A stretch of 64,000 nt of DNA from the human T2T-CHM13v2.0 reference genome, Homo sapiens. Location: assembly GCA_009914755.4 (NCBI GenBank), contig CP086569.2, forward strand, positions 23,104,001 through 23,168,000, given 5' to 3'. The translations under genes were made by a program, and so were the position numbers. Shown piece after piece: positions 27,061 to 45,530 of this stretch. The notes under the pieces are model-generated. The model was not told where the DNA came from, searched no databases, and was given only the letters and a program-made list of their open reading frames with translations. The first letter of the stretch is position 1; each line of letters begins with the position of its first letter.

Positions 27061-28439
27061 GATGTTTTCTGGTTTTTATATGAGTCTGTTTCCAGTGCAG
27101 TGTGCTTTCTGCAGTACTGCAGTGTTACCTCATTGCATGTATTTGACAAAATAAGTTACAAACTATAACTAATGTGAGAAGAAAATAAATGGTACAGAAT
27201 AAGGAAGAAAAATGCAACACTGTGTCAGTAAGGAATTTTTTTTACTTCATACAACAGAAAAAGTAAACATGAATTAAACAAACAGGGACTTCTAGTTTTC
27301 AAATGTGAACCAGCCATACTTAGGCAGTTGCTGGCTTTGATCAGTGGCTCTAATGCATGGTAGTAGCAGAGCTGCATGGTAGTAGCAGTAATTTTTTGTC
27401 GTTTTTGTTGCTATTTTCTCCAAGGTGAAACCTAGCTCAAATCCAACACTATGCTGAGTCCAGTTGTTGCTAGCCAGCTTTGCCCACACTCTGGTTTTTC
27501 GGAGTCTTATTAGCTTCCAGTTTATACAGCTACTTTAACGGTGTATTTTTGCTAGTCATGTGAAACTGCTGCTTGAGATTTTCTATTCTCCTGCAATCAC
27601 CTAGTATGTTTCCTGTCTGAAATTATGTGCCTTGCTCATTTTTTCTCCTAAGGGCACTACTGGATGTTCTTTAGCTAATTCTTTTAAAGAGCATTAGTAA
27701 ACCAGTTTCATTTCTGTCAGATACTTCCGAGAATTCCTGAGAAACTTATTCATGTCTCAGCTAAAAACCTGGCACTGGACCACTGCCCACTCAGCTGCCT
27801 GTTATTGACTTCTTTCTTTAGATAAGATCCCCCAGGCAGCAACTGCATGAGTTCCCCCCACCGGACTTCCAATAAAGACCAACATCCAATGTTTAAAACA
27901 TTTTAAGTCTTAGATATAGCATAAAAGGTTTATAGGATACCAAACAACAAATCGGATACATATATTAAAAAACAAAACTTTAGCCAGTACCAGTCTTTGA
28001 CAACAAAGTTAACCATTTTAACTCTACTGTATAAATATATTTACAAATAAAGTGAATGCATAGGGAAATATTTCTTGTATTGTACATACTTTTTCCAGAG
28101 ATGTCTTAAGCACTCATTTAAAATTGATTGAATTATAACCATAAATTATAATGAAAATAGTAGAGTAGAAAGTTTTTGTTTTAACAGATCACATGTACAC
28201 ATTGTTTGGTCTTCCAGTTGTACTGTTCCTTTTGTATGCATGTGTGTATGTCTATGTAATTTTAGATAGTTATAGAGAATAGATTTAGGAGAAGGGATTA
28301 GAAATTAACCAGATTTTCTTTGTAACAAAAAAGAACATGATTAACTTTAATTGAATTTTTAGCGGAACAGTAACACTGGGTAAGTATTTATTCTGCTAAG
28401 GGAAAAGAGGTACTGTGCTTTGCAGACTACAATAATTCT

Positions 28440-29515
<1,076 letters not shown>

Positions 29516-30699
29516 TGTTGGCCTTTACTGCAGAAATAGATTGGTTTTGGTAGACCCCTGTAGCCAACTACCTGCAGAGAAGGAAATCTTACTAGAGAGA
29601 ATTCTAAATTGAAGAATTAAATATTCTTTCATTTAGGTGAAACATTCACATCTGACATTCTTTTACATTCAGCATAATTATAAAAGTTGAATTTTAATAC
29701 ACTCTCCAAAAATAAAGTAATTACAAAATTAAAAAGAAAATTGTATATTCCTCTTTTTAAAAGCTTTAGCCTATTCAAATCTAAGAAGTCCAGTCTGAAA
29801 TATCTGAAAATAAGATATGAAATGAATAAGACAAGAAAATACAGCAGAATGTACCAGATGTTTTTCTGCATGTTGGACGTACATATATCTGTTCCCTTTT
29901 AGTAGCAGATAGAGTGCAGTCTACATAGTTTTATTCATAATAGATGCCTATGCATCATATATTCACAGATAAATATTATTTCTCTGAAGATTGAAATAGA
30001 AAGCTAGGAAAACACAACATGGCACATAAGCTGAATTACATTTAAGTAAGTGTGAATTATATAGTTAAATGATCTCTTCAAGGGACTTCTCATCACTCTC
30101 TCACTGGGTAGTCTAAGGATTAATTAGTTAAAGTTCCTAGGGTCTTTCAAGCTAAGAAACATTATGTAAGTGCTATGCATTATCATGGTAACAGGAGACT
30201 GAGGCATAAGTGATTTGCAACCTCACAGGCTCTTTGAATTGTGTGTCTAGCCTGATTGACCCTTTTTTCTAACAGTGTTTTATGGATTGGAAAGTGCTTA
30301 TCATATTTGAAGATGAAATGTGCTCTATTGAAATCATGCAATTCTGCAAAATCAATATTTGTTCTATATATTAGTAGAGTGATGTTTCTCAAAATAGAAG
30401 AAAACTTGGGATATGATTTTGTAAGTCAATATATAATAAGGTAGAATTTTGGCATCAATTATAACTTGTATATTATCATTTGACTCAGCTGCTGCTGTCT
30501 TAATTAGTGCAACTGAAGTCTAGTTAATTTGCATAAAGGTAGCTATCCCATCTTTTATACTTTTAAAGACAGTCAGGAGACTATTCACTGTTTCCATAAA
30601 GCTTATATAGACTTTATCAGCATATTTGAATTATGTATGACTGCAGTAATGTCACTTCTAAAATGTAATTTGTTATTTCTTTTAATAATATTTTATTTC

Positions 30700-31805
<1,106 letters not shown>

Positions 31806-34800
31806 TTAAATAAACATACAATTATTACCTCTATTCATAGGTCAAATTCTGCCTATGTCCTTCTGTCTTCTTTCACTGCATGATTTTACGTGGATAACGA
31901 GTCAAAAATGAGATGTGCTGGTAATACATTTTATTTCATACTTATAAAGGTAAAACGTTTTTCTTTGAAAGATACCACATTATCCAATTTTTAATTTTTA
32001 AAAATTCCTTGAAAGCAGCAGTGGGGACCGGGAAATTTTAAAGCAGTTACTTCACAAGGTGATTCCAATTTATGCGGAATATTGTTCATTATAAAATTAT
32101 TTTGTTTTTGAGCAAAACTAAAAAAATACAAATACAAAATAACATAATAAACACCATTTTAACCCCACTTAAAAATAACAGCTATTAATACATTCCTTGT
32201 TCTATTTACATTATCTCTGGTTGTAATTGGAATACACCCCATCTGGTTCATTTGCTTTTCTCTATTTCTAGAGGCACCGTAATCATGAACCTGGTATTAT
32301 CTTCATATATTTTATAAATTTATTAAAATCTTTATTTCTAAACAATACTGGTGTTTTGTGCATTTCTAATGTTTTTATGAATATTATAAGCTGTGCATTA
32401 TTTCACTTTTTTTGTTAACATTCTTGTTGAGAGCTGCCATTATGATAGCATAGTTCTTATTCTACTGAATTTCATTATGTTCTATTATGTGTTTATTGAA
32501 ATGCGACAATGAAAAACCTTCCCTATGCCTCTGGGTACACATGTGTGAGAGTTTATAATGAACATACTAGAAGAATGGCTGGACTGCAGTGTGCATACAG
32601 TTTTAACTTTGAGGGGATAAAATATTCTCATTAGTTCCCAGGGCTACCACTTTATTACTATTGCTCATCCATGCTAATCAGCTTAGCATATGTCTCAGAT
32701 TTTCCATTTTTAATGAAGTATTATTATAAGTTACATTGATTAGGACCAGCATGTGTTTGTCAAATGTTCATTTTGTTTAATAATTATACCTATTGTCAGG
32801 GCTCTATCAGTATGTGAGGAAAATAAAATATTAACAGAACGATGAGTTGGGGGATAAGTATGAAGATCAACTTTATTTTCCTAACACAGTTTGTACAAAA
32901 CATAGATAATGCTTCTTTTTCAAGAACAGCATGCAGCAGAGTGCTTGATAATAAATCAATATTCAATGAGTCAGTATTGACTAGAAATGGCCAGCTTTTT
33001 CCAGTCTTGCCTGGTGATGGAAGAAGTATTTTACATAGTTTTTTTCTATGTTGCTCACTTACATGACACTACCAGATCATCATATGGTGGGTTTGGGGAA
33101 AGTGAAGGAAATAATAGGCTAGGTATACATTAATTATGTGCTGGAAATAGAAGTTAGCTCACAGAGAATACTTAATTTGTCTGGCCACAGTGGTTTTGTC
33201 ATCTCTCATATACCTACAACTGCTTATTTATTGGCTGTTTGCTAATGACTTTTTTTAAGAACTCTGTTTCAGCAGCAATGGCCTAAAAGTGCAAGAAGAT
33301 ATTTAATTAAAAACTACCCGATTTCTCTTTCAATCAAATTATGGGTTGAAAAGTGCCAATAAACACATGGTATAATCATAAAGCCTTGTAGTCCATGTTG
33401 GGAACACAGGCTAAAAGTGATATCCTGAAATCCAGAACATGGAGGGCTTAGGGGAAAAACCAGCTGCTATTCCAAAAGGTAATACTTAGTTACATTAAGA
33501 AAACTATGCCTGAAGATGATATTTTCACAGGTTTAATATGTGAATTTGGAAAAATTGAGCATGTAATTCTGAGATGCTTGGCTTTTTATTTAAATCAGAT
33601 TGCAATTTTTTAAAATCAATTGTGTACATTTTTAACTCAATTTTTCTGCACTTAAGAAATATGCATCAATAATTGCTAGTATGTTAGCTCCATTGCCTAA
33701 AGAAGACATTCCAAAAGAGTTGAATAATGCCATTTAGATGTTTCAAACAGAAAATTAGATTAAAAAGTGGTTTGAATTTTTAGTCAATCATTGGGACCAA
33801 AGTAAAGCTGTGGGAATATTATTGTGCCAAAATAAAAAACATTGAAAAATATGATAAATGGTTTTTTAAATTTCGCTTAAAAAGCTAAACATTGTTAATA
33901 ACCTTTATTGGTGACAAGAAGCAGCAACTTTGGAAAAGCTTGCAAGAAACTTTATTTAAAAATCAATATAATATTAAAACAAATGGATTTTGCAGAAAAG
34001 AACTAGAGATAATTATGTTAAGAAACAGATTAATTCATATAAATATGTTCTGGAATAATTATTCTGCCTACTTTTAAATATTTAAATAATAAATATAAAG
34101 AAGTTATTTTCCTATTTTGCCTCAAAATATGTAATTGTGGCATTAAATTTTTGAAGGGATTTCATTTTCAAAAATAGTTAGAAGATAACTATTTCATAGA
34201 TCCACTGATATAATAAAAAATTGCCTGCAAGGAAATAATATAATAAATATTAAATAATTTTATGTATGTTAGTACTGTTTATTCTAAAAAAAGTTTCCGT
34301 TGGAACAATAAAAGTTTCAGTCACCCTAATTTTACTAAATATCATTAGATAGTCCTGTGATTGATGGAAGCAAATTACTATTCCTTACACCCTTGACTAC
34401 ACTCGGTATTATTAATTTAATAGTTACCAAGCTAATGAGCAAAAGTTGGAACGTAATGTGGTTTTGATTTATATCCTGTATTACTAATGAGCTCAAGCAT
34501 CTAGCCATTTTCCGTTGCTCATTTGACTTTCCTATTTTCTAAAATGGATCTATTTACCTGTCCTGCTTTCTTCTACTGGGCTAGATTGTCTATATATTTT
34601 CTTATCTATTTGTAAGTTATTTTGATTTTTTTGGATACTGGTATTTTTATGTATATTTTTCTTAGTAATTTTCTGGAGTTTTATAATACCACAAGGTAAT
34701 TTTTAGAATTTACAACCTGAAGATTTTCAAAAAGCTAACTCAGAAGTCATTCGTGGCCATAATGCTAACTTCTAATGAAAAAATAATTTTGCCATTTTAG

Positions 34801-35689
34801 CAAAACATTCTTTAAAGATACAAATTAGAAAGCACTAAAGTGCTGAATTCTATCTTTTTCATAAAACTTGCATGTAAAGAGTTATTTCAATAAAATCCTT
34901 TACCCTTACAGCAAGAACCAATTATTAAATGTTGATTACCTAGTTCCTGAATGGTTTTCTAAATATTTCACAATAGTCATTTTGGTAACAATCAATTAGC
35001 ATACTTGTTAGAATTACTGGTTCTCCAGGTCTCATTTCAAATGATTGAACCAGGATTTTGAAGGAAAATAAAAAGAAGTATCTGGATATATTTTTATGAC
35101 CCTTGTAATTATTTGGGGATGTTTGTGAAACTCTGGTCTAACACGTAAGATAAAGTAAAACAACAAAAACAACAACAAAAGAAAAAGAATCAAAGAACAT
35201 CAAGTCAGGAGTCAGGAATAAATACCTTATCTTTTCCTCACTCCTGCCTTCTCAAGTCATATGCCCCTGTCTTCTTTCTCTTTCTTGGTAAATGCTACTC
35301 CAACTATCTAGCACTGCATAGGAGTAATTGACCTATTAGTTTGCAATTTAGCAAAAAGTAAGAAAACTATTTCTGAACATTTTCTTTTATGAACCTGTTT
35401 CCAGCTATACACTGTGTGTCAGTTAATGCTATGTATTGCTATAAAATAGCAGTATTTAACAAAAATATTTGACCATTGTGGCAAAATTGTCTTCTGTAAA
35501 TGATCCACTGCTACTAAGATTACATTGATATTTTGGAGACTATACTGACATTTTGAATTTCACATATTCATGGAATATTAGAAAGCGTCTTCAGATGTCA
35601 GCGTCTATAATGATAAGAGTTAATACTTGTATTAACTTCCAAATTTTTCTGTGTTAAAGCAGGTGTGCAGGTATTGAATAAACAGGTAG

Positions 35690-37290
35690 GCCACTGAGGC
35701 ATAACTGTGGTTAAATTTGTAAAAGTCTTGGTGAAATTGCCCATGACAACATCTCCACAGAAAATTTAGATTTTTGGCTCACCTTGGAGATGTTCAAGAA
35801 AAGGACATTTTTTGTTCCTAATGATTCACCAGCTGGTTCTTAAACGGAGATAGCACAATATTGTGGAAAGAGGCAGTTCTGTAATCTGACATTAGACTTT
35901 AAGATAAGATAATTATTTTGAGACCCAAATTTCAGATGTATGAAGTGGGGTCCAAAATATCTATTACCTGTGTGTGTAGTTATAAAGATCATATAATAAC
36001 AAATTATTCTGTTTACCTTGTACTTTTCTGTAAAACAAGAGCATCATTTAACTTTGTTACTTAGTATAGCTTTGTGTGAACATTTTACAGGAATATTTAT
36101 CTCTTGACAAAGAAAATAGTGATACTGGCAGAGAATGGTACTTACGCCAACATTGACATTGCAGAGCTCCAGCTGTTCTGTAGAGAAACTGGCGTGAATT
36201 GAAAAAAAAAAAAAACTGGACGATTGAAGGTTACTTGTGGGCCACTCTTTATTTACTAAGACTATGTAATTCTCGGAGAGGACACACAACCTGTGAAAAG
36301 TTGGATGTAAATGATGAAGAGTCATTGAGAAAAGGCTGCCTCAAGGATCATCCTCTACATTTCTAGCTTGAAATACAGGGTATTTTGTGCTGTGAATTTC
36401 TGAAATAGTGGAATATCGTAGGAGGAAACATGTTTTGGGCATGAAATGAAGGGCTGGTTTTGGTATGTGGAGATGTAAGACATGCAGTTGGATATGCCAA
36501 GTCTGAAGGTAGAACAAAGATCTGGCCTGAAGTTGGGAATTTCTTAATGGTCAGCATAGAAAGGGTGTTTTAGCCTTGAGAAAACGCAAGAGGATCCATG
36601 ACTGAGATCTGAACAACTTCAACACCTGTAGATTTAGTAAAGATGCCAACAAAATACACAACAAATTCATATTAAAAGTAACAGGAAAAGACAAACAACT
36701 TAGTGAGAGGCATTCAGGCAACTAGCATTTAGCTAGCTATTAGCTAGGAAATTTGGGAAAAAATAAAATGTCTAAAGAACCTTGATCAGGTTTCCAAATA
36801 TACAAAATAAATCCACTTACATGTTAGAAGTCAATATACAAAATCATATTATTGTAATGGTACTATTTAATGGTAATAGACAAAAAAAATTATTCTGAAT
36901 TAAATCAATAGTATATTTTCTATCACTGTGTTTCTTTTCTTCTCAATTTATTTGTGTGTCATTTTAACTCACTAAGCAATGACTCCTCTTAATCCCATCA
37001 CTTTTCATTTAACGCTCCATTTGTTTTTCATATGGGCAATATTTCACTGCCCAGTAGAGCAGAAAGGCAGAATTTGTGCTTTTATATTAGAACCACCTTT
37101 GCTTTTCAGATCTGGGCTTCTGGAGTGTGCTAAATTTAAGTATTCTCATCAGATTTTTCAGATTTCTGTAATCACTTCTCCAACATAAACAGTCTCTGCA
37201 GGTGACGACTACAATAAAATTAAAATTACGCTGGCTTAAAAAAAAGTATGTTTATGTAAATTTGACGCTTTTAAGTTTGAGGCCTATGTT
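35690..37290 (-). repeat. Inverted repeat pair 2, copy D
   Basis: See copy C; verified by manual reverse complementation over the full length. Confidence 0.85.
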
Positions 37291-38639
37291 AACCATTGCT
37301 TTCATCAGAGTTCTCTATTCACTTTCCCCAGAATCTCGATCATTTTTTCCCTTCAGACCAGGTCTTACAATGAAGAATATTGCAGATCTTGATACTCTTA
37401 TCTGTAGAAATAAGGACTGCAAGAAATCTTTCAAGAGTTTTAAGATCATTCGGTGACATCTCAACCTGAAATTTTGTTGTCAGACCAAAATCGTGACTGA
37501 GGAAGTATCAGCGTCTTTGGCTCACCTTCTTCTTTCCAGGTTTCTCCTTTCCTTTTCCTGGCACCCAGTGTCTTTAGTCCAGAGAATTATGGTTTGAAAA
37601 TCCAATTCTCCTTTTTACATTAATTTACTGATGACATCATGTGGTATACTTTCATGAGGATGGATTCTATTGAAGAATATCCCAATGCACATGCCACTGC
37701 TAAAACCAAAGGAAAAAAGTCACTTGTGAAAGGATCTGAAAGCCATTTGACAACATTTCAGAAGACATATTTTTAGGCTAGGATTCTCTGATTCATTCTA
37801 CATTTTAACTAGTATTTTTAAGTTGTAAATGCATAAAGGATATGAAAGAAAAAAAAATTAGACAACACCACAGAGTACGTAAGCCCAGATGTATAATTCT
37901 CCATTCTGAAGTTATCCCTAAGAGAAGTTTGTTCAATTTCTCAGAAATATATATCAAAACATATAATTTTTAAGTTAAAATGAGTGTATACTCTATGTGC
38001 TGTTCCGTACCTACCTTATTTATCCTAATACTACTTTATCAACAAAGAGCAAATATGTTCTCTTTAATAGCACTAAGGCTATTGCATACCATTTTCTGGA
38101 GGCAATATACTGTAATAAAGAAGTTCTTTATTTCATGATGAACAGTTCTGTCATTCCAAGGCTTTTGCTACAACAACAACAACAAGATCTTACACAGACA
38201 TCTTTCTATACATATGTGAGTATATTTGAATATTTTTATTTTTGTTTGATGTATAGATCCAAAAGATTCATTAGAATTGCTTTCTTGTGTTTTTTTCATT
38301 TTTCCAATAAATGGTGACTGAAACAAATCATTTGTAGACGACTTCAACCTAATTGCCTGAGGTCAAAGAACTTGTGGCATTTATGACACTGATTATTTGA
38401 CATTTGTTAAGATTTGCTTACATACTATCATGTGACCAAATGTAAAATGGTAATAATGAAGTTTCATTTGTGTTTGAGAATATTGTTTCTCTCTAATTAT
38501 AGTAATTAGAAATTGATATATATCTATTAGAATGTTTAATTTTTCAAAACTTGTTTTTAATATTTTTTATAAACCTGACATATCAATCTCCAAGAAATTT
38601 TTATTGAAGTCACCCATTTTGGGTGTTGTAATATTATGG

Positions 38640-38870
38640 ATTTGCCACAGTACTGGAAATAAATACGATGCATATATGTATGTGTATACACACCTATACC
38701 CACAAATATATATATACACACACACACACACATATATACATATATATATACACACATGCATGCATGTGTATATTTGCACATATATACACGGTGTTTATAT
38801 GTGCATATGTGTATGTGCACATATATTTATGTGTGTGTATGTATATATACACACAAATATATGGAGAAAG
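38640..38870. repeat. Compound (CA)n/(TA)n/(CATA)n microsatellite
   Basis: atatatatacacacacacacacatatatacatatatatatacacacatgcatgcatgtgtatat...; the ORF-track peptides rich in Y/I/C/V/H here are artefacts. Confidence 0.9.
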
Positions 38871-41394
38871 AAATCGATTATAAATAGTTGGTTCCTGCAG
38901 TTATGAAGGCTGGCAAGTTCTAATACAGTTGGCATTTTGGACACCCAGGAGGATTGATAGTATAGTTATAGTCTGAGTCCAAAGGCCAGAGACCCAGGGT
39001 GGCCAATGGTGTGTTTCCAGTTTGAAGGCTGGTAACCTTGAGATCTGGGAAGAGCCAAGGTTTTAGTTTGAATCTAAAGGCAGAAAAATTCAAAGCCCTA
39101 GCTCAAATACAGTCAGGAAGGAAGTATACCCTTATATTTTATCCTTTTTGTTCCACTCAAATCTTATATCTTTCTTATTCATTAATGAAAAGGTTAATCT
39201 CATCCAGAAACACCCTCTCAGACACAACAGAATAATGCTTGACCACACATCTGGGCACATAGTGGCCCAAACTGACACATAAAATAACCATATGGGTGGA
39301 TTAAAAAATACATATCCCTGAAATGTAATCCTTTTTGAGCATATACGTGTGCTTATTTTATTAGGTGCACACACATTTTAAGTAACTTCTTGTTGAAGAA
39401 AGACTTCCATGAGGAAACGGCCTTCTCTATCCTTAAAAATATGTATTTTCTTGTATTAAAGCTCACTTTTTATAAAATTAATATAAAGATATCATCTTTC
39501 TATTGATTAGTATTTACCTAGTTTATTTCTTTCTATCCTTTTATTTTCAGTCCCCATTTGTTTGATGCATTAGGCTTCTCTCTTGTTAAGTATTATTTAG
39601 CTTATATTTAATGAATGAGTTTAGATCATTTACATTTATTATGATTGTAAGAAATAAAGAGAGAGGAAAGAAACACAAAAAGTGGCTCACCAGTAATGAC
39701 AGATTTATTTTAGAGAAAACAAACCTGAGAGGGCACCTTCTGGCTGAGTTAGGTCAGAGGCACACTTTCTTAGAGACTAAGAGTTCTTAAGGATTCAGGG
39801 TGGGAGAGTTTATCAGAGGCTTGGACTGCTTCTGTGTTTCTTTGCTGTGCTTGTCTGGGAGGGAGAGTTTTGTGTCTTCCCATACATCTTTCTGCAGCTG
39901 CATGCTTGTCCCCCCAGTCTGCTTTTAGCTTCCCTAACATAGAGCACCTGAAGGGAAAGGAATGTGCTTAATAAGGACCACTGTTTTACTGGGGTCCATT
40001 GTATGAGGGGAAGTTTGGCAGTTACTCAAGGGACTTTCCCTTCATCTCCCTCTGTGCTGAGTTGTCTCATTTGTGTTTTACTGCCTGCTCTTTTGAGCCA
40101 CTTGTAGTCAGAAGAGAAGTGATTTCCTTGAAATATATATGGCCAGAAAAGGAGATGGAATTTAAAAGTGGTGGTTTGTCCGAGATGCCACTGCTCCTGC
40201 TCTATCAATAATTATTGTTATGTTGGGACTTACTTCTAGCAGCTGGCTTTCTGCATATATATGTTCCTTTTGTCACCTAATAGTGGCAAGCAGCATTTCC
40301 TTGATTTTTAAGTGTTTGATATTAATATGATAATTTTCAGGTAATCCCAAACTCTGAAAAAATATATTGTAAATATCTTTTACATGTACTACAGATGTTG
40401 AAGAAATGAGCCATTCAAGAAAGGGCACCATATCAATAGACAATAGACATACCTAGCTTCAAATCTAGCTCTATGTGAATTTGTGCAAGCCATTGAAACT
40501 TTCTTTGCCTTAGTCTTTTGATCTAGGAAATAAGTGTTATAATAATACTATCTCATACACTTTACCATTAAAATTAAATCAAGTAATATTTGTAAAGCAT
40601 GTACAACAGTGACTGTTGCATACTAAGTAAGGTATGCCTTTATTGAATATAATCCAGTAATTAAATGTTAACATTTTCCCATATCAGTTAATCTCTCTTA
40701 GGAGTTGGAAAAGTAAATAAATATTATGAGAGTGTTGAAGGCTGTACAACACCTCCCATCCTTTCTTCCTTCTTTCTTTCCACAGGTAATCATTATCCTG
40801 AATTTTATGTGTAATTCTCCCACATACATGTATTATAGAGTAAATATTTATCCATATATATATATCTATATATTTATATATATATATGCATATGCTATTG
40901 CTTTGGAGGCATTTAAAGAGTATATAAATATTTCATACCAAATGTATCCCTTTGCAATTTAGTTTTCAAATTTGTTATTATAGTTTTGAAATTGCAAATG
41001 TTTATACTGACAGTTCTATTTCATTCGTTTTAACCACTGTATTACATTTCATTATGTGAAAGAAAAGCCATTTTTTACACATACTCTCCATTGAAGGAGA
41101 GTTGATATCTTTCCACAATTTCTTCTTAACCCCAAAACATTTTGTCCTGTTTTTTTAATAAACATATAGAAGTGTTTTTATAGTGTATATCAAAAAATAA
41201 AAGTTCCTGGCAATTTGGTGTGCCTGTCTTCAAATCTACCAAGCATAACTAAAGAACTCTCTGAAGTTACCGTAACAGTGTATTAAGTACTAAGGTTCCT
41301 GCTTCCCTATAGCCTTGTCAACACTTGATCATATTTGACTTTTCAATTTTAGTCAGTATCGTGGATAGAAAATGGCCTTTTATAGTGGTTTTAA

Positions 41395-41735
<341 letters not shown>

Positions 41736-41979
41736 TATTCAGCTTTTTTTCCTCTGTGAAGTGCCTGCTCATATGCTTCACTCTTTTTCTATATTTTGCC
41801 CTTTATCTGACAGATTTACATGTGTTATTTTATTTTATACTAACGCTTTGTGCTACAGCTCTCTTCAGTCAGTCAAATGACTAACTTATTTTTTCATGAT
41901 GTCTTATGTCAAAAAGATTTTTATTTTATTATGTGTTCTTTAAAAATTTTTATTTTTACTACTATTATTACATTTTTAA

Positions 41980-42272
<293 letters not shown>

Positions 42273-42881
42273 TAAAATTTTTATTTTTATTAAAGCTTTT
42301 TAAACCTTATCAACGGTATTTTTCTGATACTATAAATTATTCTCTAATATTTTCTCCTAGCAATTTGGCAGTTTGGTTTTTACATGTATTTTTAAAGTCA
42401 TCATCCATTTACTCTTGTGTACACTGTGACATAAAGATTTATTTTTATATGTCATTAACAAATGTGTTTAGCCCACTTGCCTTCAATTTTTTTCTTAGGA
42501 TATTATTGAATAGTGCATTACTTCAGCATTGCTTAGACTGTAACTTCTGTTATAATAGTGTGCTTACTTCCGGGTTACTTCCATTTGCAATAGATTTTTT
42601 CCATGCTATAATACTTAGAAATAGCTGTATAAAAGTGTTCACTGTTAAACAGAGCCCTCGCCCGAATGCAGTGGCTTGCAGGGACAACCAGTGGCCCTCT
42701 TCGCACTTCTGGCCCAATGTATCACATATAAAGTAAGTGAAAACAGTGTGCTTACATTGCAAATACTGCTTTAAGACATATCTCTCAGTATCTTATGTAT
42801 ATTCATTTAAGTTTAGCCCTCGTAGATTTTCCAGTGTCATCATCCAGACTTATTCTCTACTTCTGTTAAAAAAAATTTCAT

Positions 42882-43213
<332 letters not shown>

Positions 43214-44024
43214 TTTCATTTTGTTTAGTTCTTATTCTACCTGTGCTTATTCTTTATTTTTAAAGAGAAAAACAAGACACAAGATTAAAATATTTTTATG
43301 CAATCTACATAGAAGTAACCCTCTATGTCACTTAGAATGCATGTGTGTGTGTGTAGAAATATTTGAGTTCCTTTTTATTACTTTGCCACTACGTCAATAG
43401 GTAGAATTTGTGTTCTTTTCCATTAATTAACAAAAATAATGTGTGGGTATGGTTGTGTGACTTTAAAACTCAAAACAAGTTTATTTTATTATAAAACAAT
43501 TTAATTTTGTGAAATCAGGCATAGATTTTAAAATATCTTTAAATAAATTTGAAGTCATCAAACTTCTTTTAAATTCAATAAAGTACCTTTTTTTGTTTGT
43601 TTTTTGATGGTCTCAAATCTTGCTCCATGTCATTTTCTCAGAGAAAATGAATAACATAACATCATCTTTACCAATTCAAAATTATCACTGCCTTACCTCT
43701 GCTTGATCTTAGTCTTAGCTCATTTTATTGGGAAACTTCATGGTCTTTATATCAACTAAGTTATTGAAGGCTTCAAAATTGAGTTGTTAAATAAACTGAT
43801 TATCACCTATTTCTGTGGTGGTACTACTCGTACTCAGGGTGCTGGAGATGATACCATTTCATGGACTTAAGTTTCAAATCAAAGACAACTAAATCAGGTT
43901 GAATTATTCACTGCTTTTCCTTGGCCAACTGACATTACGGTCTATTCAGTAACATTTTAATGCCTGTACATTAGGTCAAAAAAAGCACAAGGCATGGTTC
44001 AATTGGACTTCTAATTTAAAATGA

Positions 44025-44135
44025 GGAAAGAAGGAGGGAAGGAGGGAAGGAGGGAAAGAAGGAAGGAAGGGAGGGAGGAAGGAAGGAAGGGAGGGAGGGA
44101 GGGAGGAAGGGAGGGAGGGAGGAAGGAAGAGGCCA
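44025..44135. repeat. (GGAA)n/(GGAGGGAA)n purine microsatellite
   Basis: ggaaagaaggagggaaggagggaaggagggaaagaaggaaggaagggagggaggaagg... Confidence 0.95.
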
Positions 44136-45490
44136 CAAAAAGCTAAACATAAAGCTTATCATCAGCATGAACTCTGTTACGTATTATTTCACTAAATAAG
44201 AAAGCCAAAATTTGTGCCATGTAGAAAGTGTAAATGGAAGTGGATCTCTGTTATCCATACATTATTTGTAGGTTCTGGCTTCAACTGAACCAGTCAAACC
44301 CAGCTTGCACCGTATGGCATGACCTGGTCATGTTCCTGCAGCTTTTTAAACATGGTTCATTTTTTCTGTTTATGCCTTTATTTCTTCAGTGAGTTCCAGA
44401 GAGTCTTATTGACCGTCAGTCTCTTATTCACTGTCAGTCCCTCGGTTTATTATTTCTATGTTTATTTATTTATTTCTTTTGGAACTTTGTATTTTAGGAA
44501 AGACCCAGTGGCACGCATCTCCTTTTGTTTTACTCTGGCACTAAGCTTGATGTAGGGCCATCAATCGTCTGTCTTTAGAATTATACATAACCTATGATTT
44601 ACACACAGTTTGTCATCAAAAATTTGCATACATTTTCATTCAACATCTCTTTCCACTTCGCTAATTCACCTTCTTGTCTTCTGAATGCTTTTCCAGTTGG
44701 ACCCTGCCAGCCACTTCCCATTGCTAGCAAGAACTTTCTTTTTCAACAATGTAGATGAGACTGCTTTTCTAACTGCAGTGATGGATCTAATCAGAACTTC
44801 ATAAATCTTTACAAAATTACAGCTCAATACATTGATTGTCATCAGTGAAGTACCACTAGAACTATTTTTTGTCAAAATAAATCTTGTGGGATGGGCAGAG
44901 ATGTGGGGATGGACTCTTCCAAAAGAGTACCATCACTTTGTTTCACTTTTTAGAATACATTTTTGGGGGCGGTAGAAGGGAATAACTGGACCTTCAATGA
45001 GTTGGAATAAAACAAATCATCATCACTTCAATCTATAATTGAACTTTGGAAGAACCAGTAACCTGAGCTTAAACTATACTATCAGTTCATGAAATTCCTC
45101 CTTTTGATAATACAGCATATTTCCCAAAAGGAACATTCTTTAGTCAGATGGGTCCTGTGTTTACAAGTGGCTTTCGAGACTGGGGATTTTACACCAGCAC
45201 CTACAGTAACCAGAGCAGAATTATTGCTTCCCTAGCTTTGTGTCTTTCTATATGTCAACAAGGAAAAAAAAAGACTTAAAAAAAGTCAAAGCTGACGACT
45301 CTAGAGGGAATCCCTCTAATGCCTCGGCTGTTATTAAGGCACCCCAATGGGAACACTTTAATTGCTCATGACCATGGTCCTGCCTTCCTGGCCCATGTGC
45401 CCTCTGGATCTTCAGTAAGACCAGTATAGCCTCCATTAACTTTAACTGAGCAGCAAGGCACCTTTTTCTGGCTCCATAGTGCCTACTTAA

Positions 45491-45530
45491 ACAGAACAAA
45501 ACAAAACAAAAACAAAACAAAACAAAACCA
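45491..45530. repeat. (CAAAA)n microsatellite
   Basis: aaacagaacaaaacaaaacaaaaacaaaacaaaacaaaacca. Confidence 0.9.

Noticed and set aside
38532-38906. 124-aa ORF rich in Y/I/H/T/C
   Set aside because: Translation of a (CA)n/(TA)n compound microsatellite.
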